This document shows positions 22,084 through 30,953 of a stretch of DNA of 64,000 bases, in pieces. Source of the stretch: Polyangia bacterium (GTDB lineage: Bacteria > Myxococcota_A > Polyangia > Fen-1088). Position 1 is the stretch's first letter. Each line of letters starts with the position of its first letter. A model generated the notes under the pieces. That model was not told the origin of the DNA. It made no database searches and was given only the letters and a program-made list of their open reading frames with translations. The stretch is from NCBI GenBank assembly GCA_038257535.1, contig JBBSJE010000005.1, positions 1,383 through 65,382 on the forward strand, in the 5' to 3' direction. A program made the position numbers and the translations under genes.

Positions 22084-22251
22084 TCCCCATCCTCCTTTTT
22101 GCGCGGGACATTTGGTGCCTGCGCTATTGGATTGTGCACCGAGGGCTGTTTCGGATGCATGAACGTCAGGGAACAGTTCTGCAAAACCCTTGAGCGAATC
22201 GCTTCACGCCCGCAGACCCAAAACCCCAAAGGCGTGATATGACCCCGCCCC

Positions 22252-23985
22252 ATGAAAGTCTCGCAAACCCTGATCCCCACGCTGAAAGAGGCGCCTGCTG
22301 AGGCGGAGATCCCCTCGCACATCTTGATGGTTCGCGGTGGCTACCTTCGGAAGGTTGCGGCGGGGGTGTATTCGTTTTTGCCCTTGGGCTTGCGGGTCAT
22401 TCAAAAGATTTCGCGCATCGTGCGCGAGGAGATGAACCGGGCGGGCGCCGCCGAGGTGTTTTTGCCAGCCGTGATTCCCGCGGAGTTGTGGAAAGAATCA
22501 GGCCGCTGGGATCACTACGGCGCGCAACTGCTGCGGTTCAAAGACCGCAAGGGCGGCGAGTTCGTCATTGGGCCGACCCACGAAGAGGTAATTGTGGACT
22601 TGGTGCGCGGTGACGTACGCAGCTACCGGCAACTGCCGCTCAATCTCTATCAAATTCAAACCAAGTTCCGGGATGAATTGCGGCCCCGCGCAGGCCTCAT
22701 GCGCGGCCGTGAATTCATCATGAAGGACGCATATTCGTTTCACAGCACCGAAGAGGATGCCAAACGCGAATACCGCAACATGTTCGACACCTACTGCCGC
22801 ATCTTCGCGCGCTGCGGTTTGGCGTTTCGGCCTGTAGAAGCGGACACCGGCGCCATTGGGGGATCGCTGTCCCACGAGTTTCAGGTGCTGGCCGAGACCG
22901 GTGAAGACGCCATTGTGGCGTGCGACCAGTGTGACTACGCCGCCAACGTCGAAGAGGCTTTGACGCGCAAACCCGAGGCCGCGGCGCCTTCCGAGGCAGT
23001 TTTGCAAGAGGTGGCGACGCCCGGTGCGCGCACCATCGAAGAGGTAGTTGCGTTTTTGGGTGTGCCCGCTTCGCAACTGGCCAAGACGCTCATCTGTTTG
23101 TTGGATGGCAAGCCCGTGGCCGTGCTGGTGCGTGGCGACCGCGACATGAACGAGATCAAAGTGAAGCGGCACCTGGGCGGGCAAGAGATCGTGTTGGCCA
23201 ACGACCGTGCCGTGGAAGATGTGACCAAAGCCCCCGTAGGCTTTGCGGGCCCCGTGGGGCTACAGATCCCCGTTTACGTTGACCATGAGGTGGCCGCGAT
23301 GCCCGCGTTCGCGGCGGGCGCAAACAAGGCTGACGCGCACGTGTTGAACGTGGTGATGGGGCGTGATTTCAAACCGGCGGCGGTGGGTGATTTTCGGCAA
23401 GCGGCGGCGGGTGATGCGTGCCCACGCTGCGACGGAGGACACTTCAATGGCTTCAAAGGCATAGAGGTGGGTCACGTGTTCTTCTTGGGCACAAAGTATT
23501 CCTCGGCCATGAAGTGCAACTTCTTGGATGCCGATGGAAAAGAGAAGCCGGCGATCATGGGCTGCTACGGCATTGGTGTGACCCGCATCGCCGCGGCCGC
23601 CATTGAGCAGCATCACGACGCCGATGGCATCACGTGGCCGGTGCCTCTGGCGCCTTTCGAGGTGCATCTACTTTCGCTGCAGGCGAACGACGCCGCGGTG
23701 GCTCAGGGCTGCGATGAGCTTTACCGCAGCTTGGGCGAAGCGGGCATCGAAGTGCTTTACGACGATCGCGATGAGCGGCCGGGGGTAAAGTTCAAAGACG
23801 CAGACTTGATGGGCATGCCGTATCGTTTGGCCTTAGGCAAGAAAGGGCTTGCCGAGGGCATTGTTGAGATCAAAGCGCGTCGCGCGCCTGAGGTGCACAA
23901 GGTGCCTTTGACCGAAGCGGTGTCATGGATCCGTGCCCGCGTGGAAACCGAACGCGCGGGTTTGAGCGCAGGAGCGGCAAAGTGA
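22252..23985 (+). CDS. proS: Prolyl-tRNA synthetase (bacterial type with an editing insertion)
   Basis: 577 aa. 'TLKEAPAEAEIPSHILMVRGGYLRKVAAGVYSFLPLG' and 'FRDELRPRAGLMRGREFIMKDAYSF' are class II motifs. Confidence 0.95.
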   Translation: MKVSQTLIPTLKEAPAEAEIPSHILMVRGGYLRKVAAGVYSFLPLGLRVIQKISRIVREEMNRAGAAEVFLPAVIPAELWKESGRWDHYGAQLLRFKDRKGGEFVIGPTHEEVIVDLVRGDVRSYRQLPLNLYQIQTKFRDELRPRAGLMRGREFIMKDAYSFHSTEEDAKREYRNMFDTYCRIFARCGLAFRPVEADTGAIGGSLSHEFQVLAETGEDAIVACDQCDYAANVEEALTRKPEAAAPSEAVLQEVATPGARTIEEVVAFLGVPASQLAKTLICLLDGKPVAVLVRGDRDMNEIKVKRHLGGQEIVLANDRAVEDVTKAPVGFAGPVGLQIPVYVDHEVAAMPAFAAGANKADAHVLNVVMGRDFKPAAVGDFRQAAAGDACPRCDGGHFNGFKGIEVGHVFFLGTKYSSAMKCNFLDADGKEKPAIMGCYGIGVTRIAAAAIEQHHDADGITWPVPLAPFEVHLLSLQANDAAVAQGCDELYRSLGEAGIEVLYDDRDERPGVKFKDADLMGMPYRLALGKKGLAEGIVEIKARRAPEVHKVPLTEAVSWIRARVETERAGLSAGAAK

Positions 23986-24698
23986 ATCCATTGTTGGATG
24001 CCAACGGCCGCGAACGCATCATTGTGGCCCTTGATGTGCCTGACATCGCGCGCCTAGAAGCGTTTTTGGATCGGCTTGAGGGCAAACCGGTTTGGTACAA
24101 GATCGGGCTTGAGCTGTTCATCGCGGAAGGTGTGCGTGCGATTGAGGCGGTGAAGCGGCGCGGGGGAAAGCTGTTTTTGGACCTGAAGCTGCACGACATT
24201 CCCGAAACCGTGGCGCGCTCTGTGACGGCGGCGCGGCGCTTGGGTGCAGAGCTGCTGACGGTGCACGCAGGCGGCGGCACGGAGATGGTGGGCCGGGCTG
24301 TGGCCGCTGCGGAAGGGCAGTTGAACATTTTGGCGGTCACCGTGCTGACAAGCCAGACGCAGGCTGATTTGGTGGCTGACGGCATCGCTGGCGATGTTTC
24401 TGCGGCGGTGGCGCGCCGGGCGCAGGTGGCACGCGACGCAGGGGCGGGCGGCTTGGTGTGTTCGCCCCAGGAAGTGGCTCTGGCGCGGGCCCAGGGCCAA
24501 AACTTGTTGCTGGTGGTGCCCGGCATTCGACCTACGGGCTCTGCGATGGGCGATCAAAAGCGCGTGGGCACGCCCGCTGAAGCCATCGCCGGCGGCGCCG
24601 ATTATTTGGTGGTGGGCCGCCCGCTGCGAGACGCGCAAAGCCCCTCCAAGGCGTTTGACGCTTTGGCAGAAGAGATTGACCAGGCGTTGAAGGCCTAA
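23982..24698 (+). CDS. pyrF: Orotidine-5'-phosphate decarboxylase
   Basis: 'IIVALDVPD', 'WYKIGLELF' and 'LFLDLKLHDIPETV' are present. The GTG start overlaps the proS TGA (GTGA at 23982-23985). The track ORF start at 23925 lies inside proS. Confidence 0.9.
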   Translation: MNPLLDANGRERIIVALDVPDIARLEAFLDRLEGKPVWYKIGLELFIAEGVRAIEAVKRRGGKLFLDLKLHDIPETVARSVTAARRLGAELLTVHAGGGTEMVGRAVAAAEGQLNILAVTVLTSQTQADLVADGIAGDVSAAVARRAQVARDAGAGGLVCSPQEVALARAQGQNLLLVVPGIRPTGSAMGDQKRVGTPAEAIAGGADYLVVGRPLRDAQSPSKAFDALAEEIDQALKA

Positions 24699-24701
24699 CG
24701 T

Positions 24702-25475
24702 ATGTCTGAAACAGAAAACGAAGATCAGGGCCGCATCATCTTTGGTTTGCGCCCTGTAGAAGAGCTGTGTCGCGCACATCCCAAAGATGTATCGGTGATT
24801 TATGTGGCCGAGGGCTTGCGTACGCCCGACGTGGCGCGCGTGATTGCCGTTGCCAAAGACCGAGGCATCGCCGTGCAATGGCGCCCCCGCGCCCTGGTGG
24901 CCGACTTGGCGGGCAAAGGCGCGCATCAAGGCATTGTGGCTGTGGCGGGGGCTTACCGCTACGTGCCGGTGCCCACGATGTTGGAAGCCGCCGCGGCGCA
25001 GGGCCAAGCGCCCCTGTTGGTGTTGTTGGATGGGCTTACGGATCCGCAAAATTTGGGCGCAATTGTGCGCAGTGCAGAAGTGTTTGGCGCCCACGGCGTG
25101 GCCATTCCCGATCACAAGGCGGCGCCCATCACCGCAGGTGCCATCAAGGCGTCTGCGGGTGCCACCGAGCGCGTGCGCATCGCCCGCGTGCACAACTTTT
25201 TGGGCAGCATCGACAAGCTTCGCGAAAGCGGTGTGAAGGTTTGGGGCACCGGCGCCGACGAAGCGGGCGTGAGCGTGTTTGATGCGGATTTGACGGTACC
25301 CACGGCATTTGTGGTGGGCTCTGAAGGGCGCGGCATGCGCGAAGCGGTTTCGCGGCGCTGTGACGGCACGCTACGCATACCGATGGCGGGGCAAATTGCG
25401 TCGCTGAATGCTTCAGCGGCTGCCGCCATCGTGCTTTACGAGGCCATGCGCCAGCGTTTGCGCGGCGCTACTTAA
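24702..25475 (+). CDS. rlmB: TrmH/SpoU-family RNA 2'-O-methyltransferase, RlmB-like
   Basis: 257 aa. A substrate-binding N-domain is followed by 'LDGLTDPQNLGAIVRSAEVFGAHGV', 'VVGSEGRGM' and 'IPMAGQIASLNASAAAAIVLYE'. Confidence 0.8.
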   Translation: MSETENEDQGRIIFGLRPVEELCRAHPKDVSVIYVAEGLRTPDVARVIAVAKDRGIAVQWRPRALVADLAGKGAHQGIVAVAGAYRYVPVPTMLEAAAAQGQAPLLVLLDGLTDPQNLGAIVRSAEVFGAHGVAIPDHKAAPITAGAIKASAGATERVRIARVHNFLGSIDKLRESGVKVWGTGADEAGVSVFDADLTVPTAFVVGSEGRGMREAVSRRCDGTLRIPMAGQIASLNASAAAAIVLYEAMRQRLRGAT

Positions 25476-26391
25476 CGCAGTTGCGGCCAGCGCCCTTGGC
25501 GGCGTAAAGCAACTCGTCGGCGCGCGAGATGGCCACGACGACATCTTCGGCACGCCCCACCTCGGAAACGCCAGCGGAGATGGTGACCGCCAAACCGCCC
25601 GGAAACACAATGTGTTGCACGGCATCGCGCAGGCGTTCGGCGCACAAACGCGCGCCTTCCAGATTGGTGTTGGGCAGCACCACCAAAAACTCTTCACCGC
25701 CCCAACGGGCCGCAAAGTCGCATACCCGTATCACATCGGCGATTGTGGCCCCAACGGCGCGCAGCACCTGATCGCCCACGTTGTGCCCGTAGGTGTCGTT
25801 GACCTTCTTGAAATGATCAACGTCAAGCAGCACCAAGGACATGCTGCCCCCGTAGCGCCGAAACTTTGATGACTCTCGACGGACGAATTGCTCCGCGCCG
25901 CGGCGGTTGGAAAGGCCGGTTAGCCGATCGGTCATCGAGAGCCGCTCGTAGGCGGCCACCAAATCAACTTCGGCCGTGATGTCCGTGCACACCACGATGA
26001 TGGCTTCCTTGGGCATTGCAACCCGGCGCGCCACCCAGCGCACGATAGAGCGGTTGGGGCGCGACAGCTCGAATTCTTCGCAGGTGATGCGGCTTTCGAA
26101 GGGTAGCAAGAGGCCATCGCGAATGACCGGCGGTGGATCATCAACCAACGAAGCCACAAAACTCATCAGCGCCGCGGGCGACATATCAAGAATGCTCTCG
26201 ACAGGCACACCGAAAATTGCTGCCAGAGGGCGGCTGCACAGCGCCACTTTGCCTTGCTCGTCGATGACGAGAATGCCCGACTCAAGGCTGTTGGCCATTG
26301 CGTCCAGGAAGGGAAGCGCCACGCTCCAATCCCTTGCGATCTGATCCGCAAGGGTTTCATGAGCCGGGCTTTCTTTTGCCGTTGATTTCAC
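25468..26391 (-). CDS. PAS-GGDEF diguanylate cyclase (active-site GGEEF, intact RxxD I-site)
   Basis: 'RVCDFAARWGGEEFLVVL' and 'DVDHFKKVNDTYGH' are present. I prefer the GTG start at 26391, which overlaps the upstream stop as GTGA. Confidence 0.85.
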   Translation of the reverse strand: MKSTAKESPAHETLADQIARDWSVALPFLDAMANSLESGILVIDEQGKVALCSRPLAAIFGVPVESILDMSPAALMSFVASLVDDPPPVIRDGLLLPFESRITCEEFELSRPNRSIVRWVARRVAMPKEAIIVVCTDITAEVDLVAAYERLSMTDRLTGLSNRRGAEQFVRRESSKFRRYGGSMSLVLLDVDHFKKVNDTYGHNVGDQVLRAVGATIADVIRVCDFAARWGGEEFLVVLPNTNLEGARLCAERLRDAVQHIVFPGGLAVTISAGVSEVGRAEDVVVAISRADELLYAAKGAGRNCVK

Positions 26392-26768
26392 GTTTGAATG
26401 CTGACGAGGTCGTTGGCAAAGCACGAAAGCGCATGCAAGCTGCGTCGCTGCCAGTGTAGGCGTGGGCTGGATAAGAACACGATGCGGTACTGCTTCTCGG
26501 TTGGCTGTGCTTGAACCGAGCTTATCCAGGTGACGAACGCTTTTAAGCAGGATGAATTGATGAATTCTAGATTGCGCACATCCACCGTCACTTCTCCGAT
26601 GGAGTTTGTGACCGCGTGGTGGTGAATCGAAAGCAGAAATTCATCAAGCCTTTCTTTCACATTGAGGTCGGCGTTGCCCGTGATTGCGGTTTGCAAACTG
26701 GCACCATCAACTTGGGCAGATGCCGAGAAGTCGCTTTCGCGGACCGGAGAAATTGCAAGCTGGCTCAT
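26388..26768 (-). CDS. STAS-domain (anti-sigma-antagonist-like) protein
   Basis: 126 aa. 'EVTVDVRNLEFINSSCLKAFVTWI' resembles the STAS 'DLS-V-FIDSSGL' segment. The start shares ATGA with the upstream kinase-like gene. Confidence 0.55.
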   Translation of the reverse strand: MSQLAISPVRESDFSASAQVDGASLQTAITGNADLNVKERLDEFLLSIHHHAVTNSIGEVTVDVRNLEFINSSCLKAFVTWISSVQAQPTEKQYRIVFLSSPRLHWQRRSLHALSCFANDLVSIQT

Positions 26769-27364
26769 GGCACCCTCCGTTCGGGAATCCGCGCGGTGGC
26801 GCGAATGAAAACTTGCGTGCCCTTGGAGTCAAACGCCAAAGTCATTTCGCCTTCGGCGCGTATTCTCGCAAGACCAAGCCCCGACACCGACACATCGGCG
26901 GCGTTGCGCCGCATCAACTCGAAGTAATAATCGTAGGGATCGTCGCGAGTGTTCATCTCAGCAAAGTTTTGCTTGAGGCGCTCTATGTGGCTAGGGCTCG
27001 TTTGGTTCATCATGGTTAAAACGGCCTGTCGCCCTCCTTCTTCATCGGGCCCCAGGCGCAAAGCCAGACAGGCTTGCCTGTTCTCGGCGTATTTCGCCGC
27101 ATTCTCCAAAAGCTCGTGCGCAGCCATAGCGACACGGAAAACCGCGTCGGCGTCGTCTACCAGCTTTTCCATGGCCTGCTCAACAAACCTTCGTGTGATC
27201 GACACGATCCGGGGATCCGTGTCCAAGGTCAGTTCGAGGCTGAGTCCCTCGTTTGTCATCTGCACCGGGGGACATCGGCTGGCAGTCATCAAAACTTTCA
27301 TGTTGCTTGCAATATTCGGCACGCCGCGCTGCGTTTTCACCTTTGCACCCTCCGAATCGTTCAT
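26765..27364 (-). CDS. RsbW/SpoIIAB-like serine kinase (HATPase_c_2-type)
   Basis: N-box 'AAHELLENAAKYA' and G-box 'VSGLGLARIRAEG'. The start is uncertain (ATG at 27364, 27301 or 27259). The 262-aa track ORF is over-extended. Confidence 0.6.
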   Translation of the reverse strand: MNDSEGAKVKTQRGVPNIASNMKVLMTASRCPPVQMTNEGLSLELTLDTDPRIVSITRRFVEQAMEKLVDDADAVFRVAMAAHELLENAAKYAENRQACLALRLGPDEEGGRQAVLTMMNQTSPSHIERLKQNFAEMNTRDDPYDYYFELMRRNAADVSVSGLGLARIRAEGEMTLAFDSKGTQVFIRATARIPERRVP

Positions 27365-27393
27365 TGTCTCAAGGATGTCGGCAACTCGCCGAA

Positions 27394-28914
27394 ATGTCTC
27401 GAGGAGGAATTTTGGCCGAAAAACCGCCCATCCAGCCCAGCGTTGCCCATGACGCACGCCGGGGCATGCTGCTGACGACCGATTCGCCGGCGGTTCGGTT
27501 CGGGTCACCGCCGCCAGAGGGCCCAGGCGCCTGCAAGGCTCCGGTACCGCCATCGCAAAAAGATCCCAAAACGGTCAGATTGCTTTCGGGGCTGCGCTTG
27601 AAAGTTACCTTGACGCTGTTTATCACAGTGTTGTTAGTGGCCTTGTCAGGCCTGATCTTCGGCCTGGTGTCTCGCATCTTCGCCGAGTTAACCCCTTCAA
27701 TGCGGGCGGAGCTTGAGTGGAAAACCCAACGCGGCGCCAAGGAGTTGGCGCAAGCCGCCGACTTTGCCATCGTGGTTGGTGACGCCACTCTCATTAGAGA
27801 GGCGTGTGGGCCTTATATCGGCGGCGCGGATGTTTTGGCCATTGTGGCCACGGATCCAGAAGGCAATGTGCTGCTAGAGCACGGCAAGTCGCCGCAGCCG
27901 GTCCAACGTTTGTTTGTTGGGCCGCCGGGGAGCGTCCACGAAGGCAAAGGTCACTTCGTGTCGTGGGCGGAGTCGAAGATCGAGGGCCGGACCGTGGGAC
28001 AACTGGCGTTGGTGATCTCTACGGCCAAGTTGGTGGCGGGGGAGAACCTGCGCAACAACATTTTGGGCGCTGCGGGGCTGGGCTGTGTGGCGGCGTTGCT
28101 GCTCAGTTTGTTCTTCGTGAATTTCTATTTGGGCCCCGTGATTAGCCTGACACACAAGGCCTTGCGGACGGCGCGTGAGCTTGAGATTGCTCAGCGGATT
28201 CAAACCTCCATTTTGCCTCGCAACCTTTCCGTTGAAGGGCTTACGATCTCCGCCGCCATGGTTCCTGCAGAAGATGTTGGCGGTGATTACTACGATGTGG
28301 TGCCAACGCAGGGCGGGGCATGGATCGGGGTGGGCGACGTGGCGGGGCATGGCCTTAAAGCGGGCCTCATTATGCTGATGGTGCAAAGCGTGGTTGCCGC
28401 TCTCACCCGGCAGCGGGCCCGCACGAGTCCAAAAGAGATCTTGGAAATTTTGAACCGCGTGCTGTTCGACAACGTTCGTCAGCGCTTGGGAAGCGACGAG
28501 CACGTCACGTTTACGCTGATGCGCTACGAGGCTGATGGCAGCTTGGTTTATGCGGGCGCCCATGAAGACATCCTGATTTGCCGGGCAAAAGACGGAAAAT
28601 GCGAGATCGTTCCCACCCCGGGCACCTGGATGGGGGCCATCGCCAATGTGTCGCGTTCCATCACCGATTCCACCGCCAAACTGGAACCGGGCGATCTCAT
28701 GGTGTTGTACACCGATGGGGTTATAGAGGCCCACAACCCGCAAGGCGAGCAGTTTGGCCTGGATCGCGTGATCGAACTGGTCGAAAAGCATCACGCGGAC
28801 GAGCCAGAACTGGTGGTTCAGACCATCGTTCAGGCTGCGTTGCAGTGGGGGCCCGTGCAGGACGACGACGTCACCCTGTTGGCCATACGCTATCAAGGCA
28901 ACGGAGGCGCTTAG
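27394..28914 (+). CDS. Membrane-bound PP2C/SpoIIE-family phosphatase (RsbU-like) with an extracytoplasmic loop
   Basis: Two TM segments are present: 'VTLTLFITVLLVALSGLIFGLV' and 'AAGLGCVAALLLSLFFVNFYL'. The PP2C motifs are 'AEDVGGDYYDVV', 'GVGDVAGHGLKAG' and 'LYTDGVIEA'. The start is ATG at 27394 or 27466. Confidence 0.8.
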   Translation: MSRGGILAEKPPIQPSVAHDARRGMLLTTDSPAVRFGSPPPEGPGACKAPVPPSQKDPKTVRLLSGLRLKVTLTLFITVLLVALSGLIFGLVSRIFAELTPSMRAELEWKTQRGAKELAQAADFAIVVGDATLIREACGPYIGGADVLAIVATDPEGNVLLEHGKSPQPVQRLFVGPPGSVHEGKGHFVSWAESKIEGRTVGQLALVISTAKLVAGENLRNNILGAAGLGCVAALLLSLFFVNFYLGPVISLTHKALRTARELEIAQRIQTSILPRNLSVEGLTISAAMVPAEDVGGDYYDVVPTQGGAWIGVGDVAGHGLKAGLIMLMVQSVVAALTRQRARTSPKEILEILNRVLFDNVRQRLGSDEHVTFTLMRYEADGSLVYAGAHEDILICRAKDGKCEIVPTPGTWMGAIANVSRSITDSTAKLEPGDLMVLYTDGVIEAHNPQGEQFGLDRVIELVEKHHADEPELVVQTIVQAALQWGPVQDDDVTLLAIRYQGNGGA

Positions 28915-28928
28915 GCATACGCTTAGGC

Positions 28929-30104
28929 CTATTTGGCCACCGGCAATCGCAGGCGCGCCTGGGTGCCATCGCTGGGCGACGACGCAAGCACCAACTCGGC
29001 GCGGTGTTCGGACAAGATGCGCTCGGCCACCGCCAGCCCCAAACCCAAACCACCGCGGGCGCGTTTTGTGCTGAAAAAGGGCGTTCGAATCCTCTCGGCG
29101 ATTTCCGGGGAGATGCCGGGCCCCTGGTCTCGCACGGTAAGCTCCACACACTGTTCTTCGGGCACATAGCGAGTTGCCAGATCAACCCGTTGTGATCGAT
29201 CTGTGAGCGCTTCGAGGGCGTTGAGCAAAACATTGACCACAGCTTGAACCAACCTGGGCGCATCGCCTTCAACAGGCGGCAGATCCGCCGCCAGGCTCTG
29301 GCTGAAATGATCTGTGGTGCGTCTTATGCGTCCTTCAAGCAGTGTCACAGCCGATGCCACCACATCGTTAAGCGCGAGGGCGCGTAGGGGGCCCGGGGCG
29401 TCCGTGTTTACGTAAGCCCGAAGTTCGGAGACGATGTGGCGAATGCGGTCTGCGCCCGAGAGGATTTGTTCAAGCATGCGAGGCGTTTCAATCCGCATTT
29501 CTTCGTAGGGCAATCCCGCCAACGTCAATTCCGGAGGAAGAGGGCGTTGTTCGAGAGCGGCCAACATATCGTGAAACACGCGTTTCAAGAGCGAAGCGTT
29601 CAAGGTAATGAAGTGGTTGGGATTGTTGATCTCATGGATCACCCCCGCAACCAGCGCGCTCAGTGAAATCATTTTGTCTAAACGAACCACCTCTTGCTCG
29701 CGCAGCCTTTGTTCTTCAGCGGCGTTCAAGCGGCTGGTCTCGTCGCTGACGAAAGCCAGAGCTCCCACGAAAGACCCCGCTGGGTCGTAAAGCGGGCTTG
29801 CGACCATGCTGGTCCACAGCGTGTGCCCTTGTTTGTGCATGAGGCGAAACGCGTGGCGTTCGCGAAGACCTGCGCGACGGCGGCTCATGTTGGTTCGCGC
29901 CTCGATTTTGGCGGCCTCGTCCATGAAATCGTACATGGAATGGCCCAACATTTCGGCGCGTTCGTACCCCAACATGTCAGCCATGGCCGCGTTGACAAAC
30001 GTCGTTATGCTTTCTTGGTCTATGGTCCAAATGCCCTCCGCCGCGCTTTCAACAATAATCCGGTAAAGATCGCTGGGGAGCGTTTCGGCGTCATTGGCGG
30101 TCAT
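28929..30104 (-). CDS. Cytoplasmic PAS sensor histidine kinase
   Basis: 391 aa. The PAS region is 'IVESAAEGIWTIDQES'. H-box 'GVIHEINNPNHFI'. HATPase 'VRDQGPGI' and 'GGLGLGLAVAERI'. The start shares ATGA with the upstream gene. Confidence 0.85.
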   Translation of the reverse strand: MTANDAETLPSDLYRIIVESAAEGIWTIDQESITTFVNAAMADMLGYERAEMLGHSMYDFMDEAAKIEARTNMSRRRAGLRERHAFRLMHKQGHTLWTSMVASPLYDPAGSFVGALAFVSDETSRLNAAEEQRLREQEVVRLDKMISLSALVAGVIHEINNPNHFITLNASLLKRVFHDMLAALEQRPLPPELTLAGLPYEEMRIETPRMLEQILSGADRIRHIVSELRAYVNTDAPGPLRALALNDVVASAVTLLEGRIRRTTDHFSQSLAADLPPVEGDAPRLVQAVVNVLLNALEALTDRSQRVDLATRYVPEEQCVELTVRDQGPGISPEIAERIRTPFFSTKRARGGLGLGLAVAERILSEHRAELVLASSPSDGTQARLRLPVAK

Positions 30105-30928
30105 GGTGAAAACACATCCAGTTTGCGAAGCAAGTCAGATAGCGCTTGTCGAAGGCGCGCAAAGCCCGGCTCAACTTTTGTGAAAGTGGCTTCGTTCATG
30201 TACAGATCGCGGCGCATCTCGATCTGAATGGCGTGAACGTTGTCCGCGGGGCGGCCATGATGGCTGGTGATGAAGCCGCCTTGATAGGGTTCGTTGAACT
30301 TCACGCGAAAACCGTTGTCGCCAAAATGTTGGTTCACCGCTGCCGACAGTGTGGGGCCGCAGCTGGTTCCCATACGATTGCCAGGAACAATGTCGGCGCG
30401 CGCAGCACCGGGATCGCTGTGCCCTGCGCGCCCTTGCGACGGCATAGAGTGTCCATCGACCAAAATCGCGAAACCAAACTTCGCTTGAGCCCGTTGTAAT
30501 CCGGTGCGCAGGGCCCCGTGGTAGGCCGCGTGAATCTGTTGCCGCTGCTGCCATTCCTGCCACGACAACGGTCGCGCCAGGGCGGGCGCCTCGGTGGTGG
30601 TGACCTCCCACACAAAGCCGCGCCCATTGCTGTTGAGGGGGTGCGGATGGGCGGGGACAGCGCGTGCGGAGACATCGTCAGGGTGCCGGTTCAAGTCGCA
30701 GACAAAGCGTGACAACTGGGCGCGCACAAACGCCCCCTGCGGCAGATCCACGTAAAGCTCGTCTACAAAAAGGTCTGCATCTTGGCGCACGTCAAGGCTA
30801 GGCGCGAGCGCATCGCCAAAGGGGCCCGTCGCAATGCCAGCGTGGGGAACGGAGACGACAACCGGCGTGGCCGGCGATTGTGGCAACAAGGCCCAAAAAC
30901 TGTCCCAAGGCCCCGAGATGACATCCAT
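30101..30928 (-). CDS. N-formylglutamate amidohydrolase (FGase) family protein
   Basis: 'VVSVPHAG', 'SRFVCDLNRHPDD', 'ILVDGHSMPS' and 'NEPYQGGFITSHHGRP...HAIQIEMRRDLYM' are present. The start was moved to 'MDVISGPW' at 30928 to avoid overlap with the upstream gene. Confidence 0.75.
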   Translation of the reverse strand: MDVISGPWDSFWALLPQSPATPVVVSVPHAGIATGPFGDALAPSLDVRQDADLFVDELYVDLPQGAFVRAQLSRFVCDLNRHPDDVSARAVPAHPHPLNSNGRGFVWEVTTTEAPALARPLSWQEWQQRQQIHAAYHGALRTGLQRAQAKFGFAILVDGHSMPSQGRAGHSDPGAARADIVPGNRMGTSCGPTLSAAVNQHFGDNGFRVKFNEPYQGGFITSHHGRPADNVHAIQIEMRRDLYMNEATFTKVEPGFARLRQALSDLLRKLDVFSP

Positions 30929-30953
30929 AGACCCGAATCTAACGCATAAAGCG

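Noticed and set aside
29080-29100. tRNA-like T-loop string 'GTTCGAATCC'
   Set aside because: The flanking bases cannot form a T-stem (GGGCG versus CCTCT). The string lies inside a well-supported kinase gene, and no acceptor or anticodon arms can be drawn.
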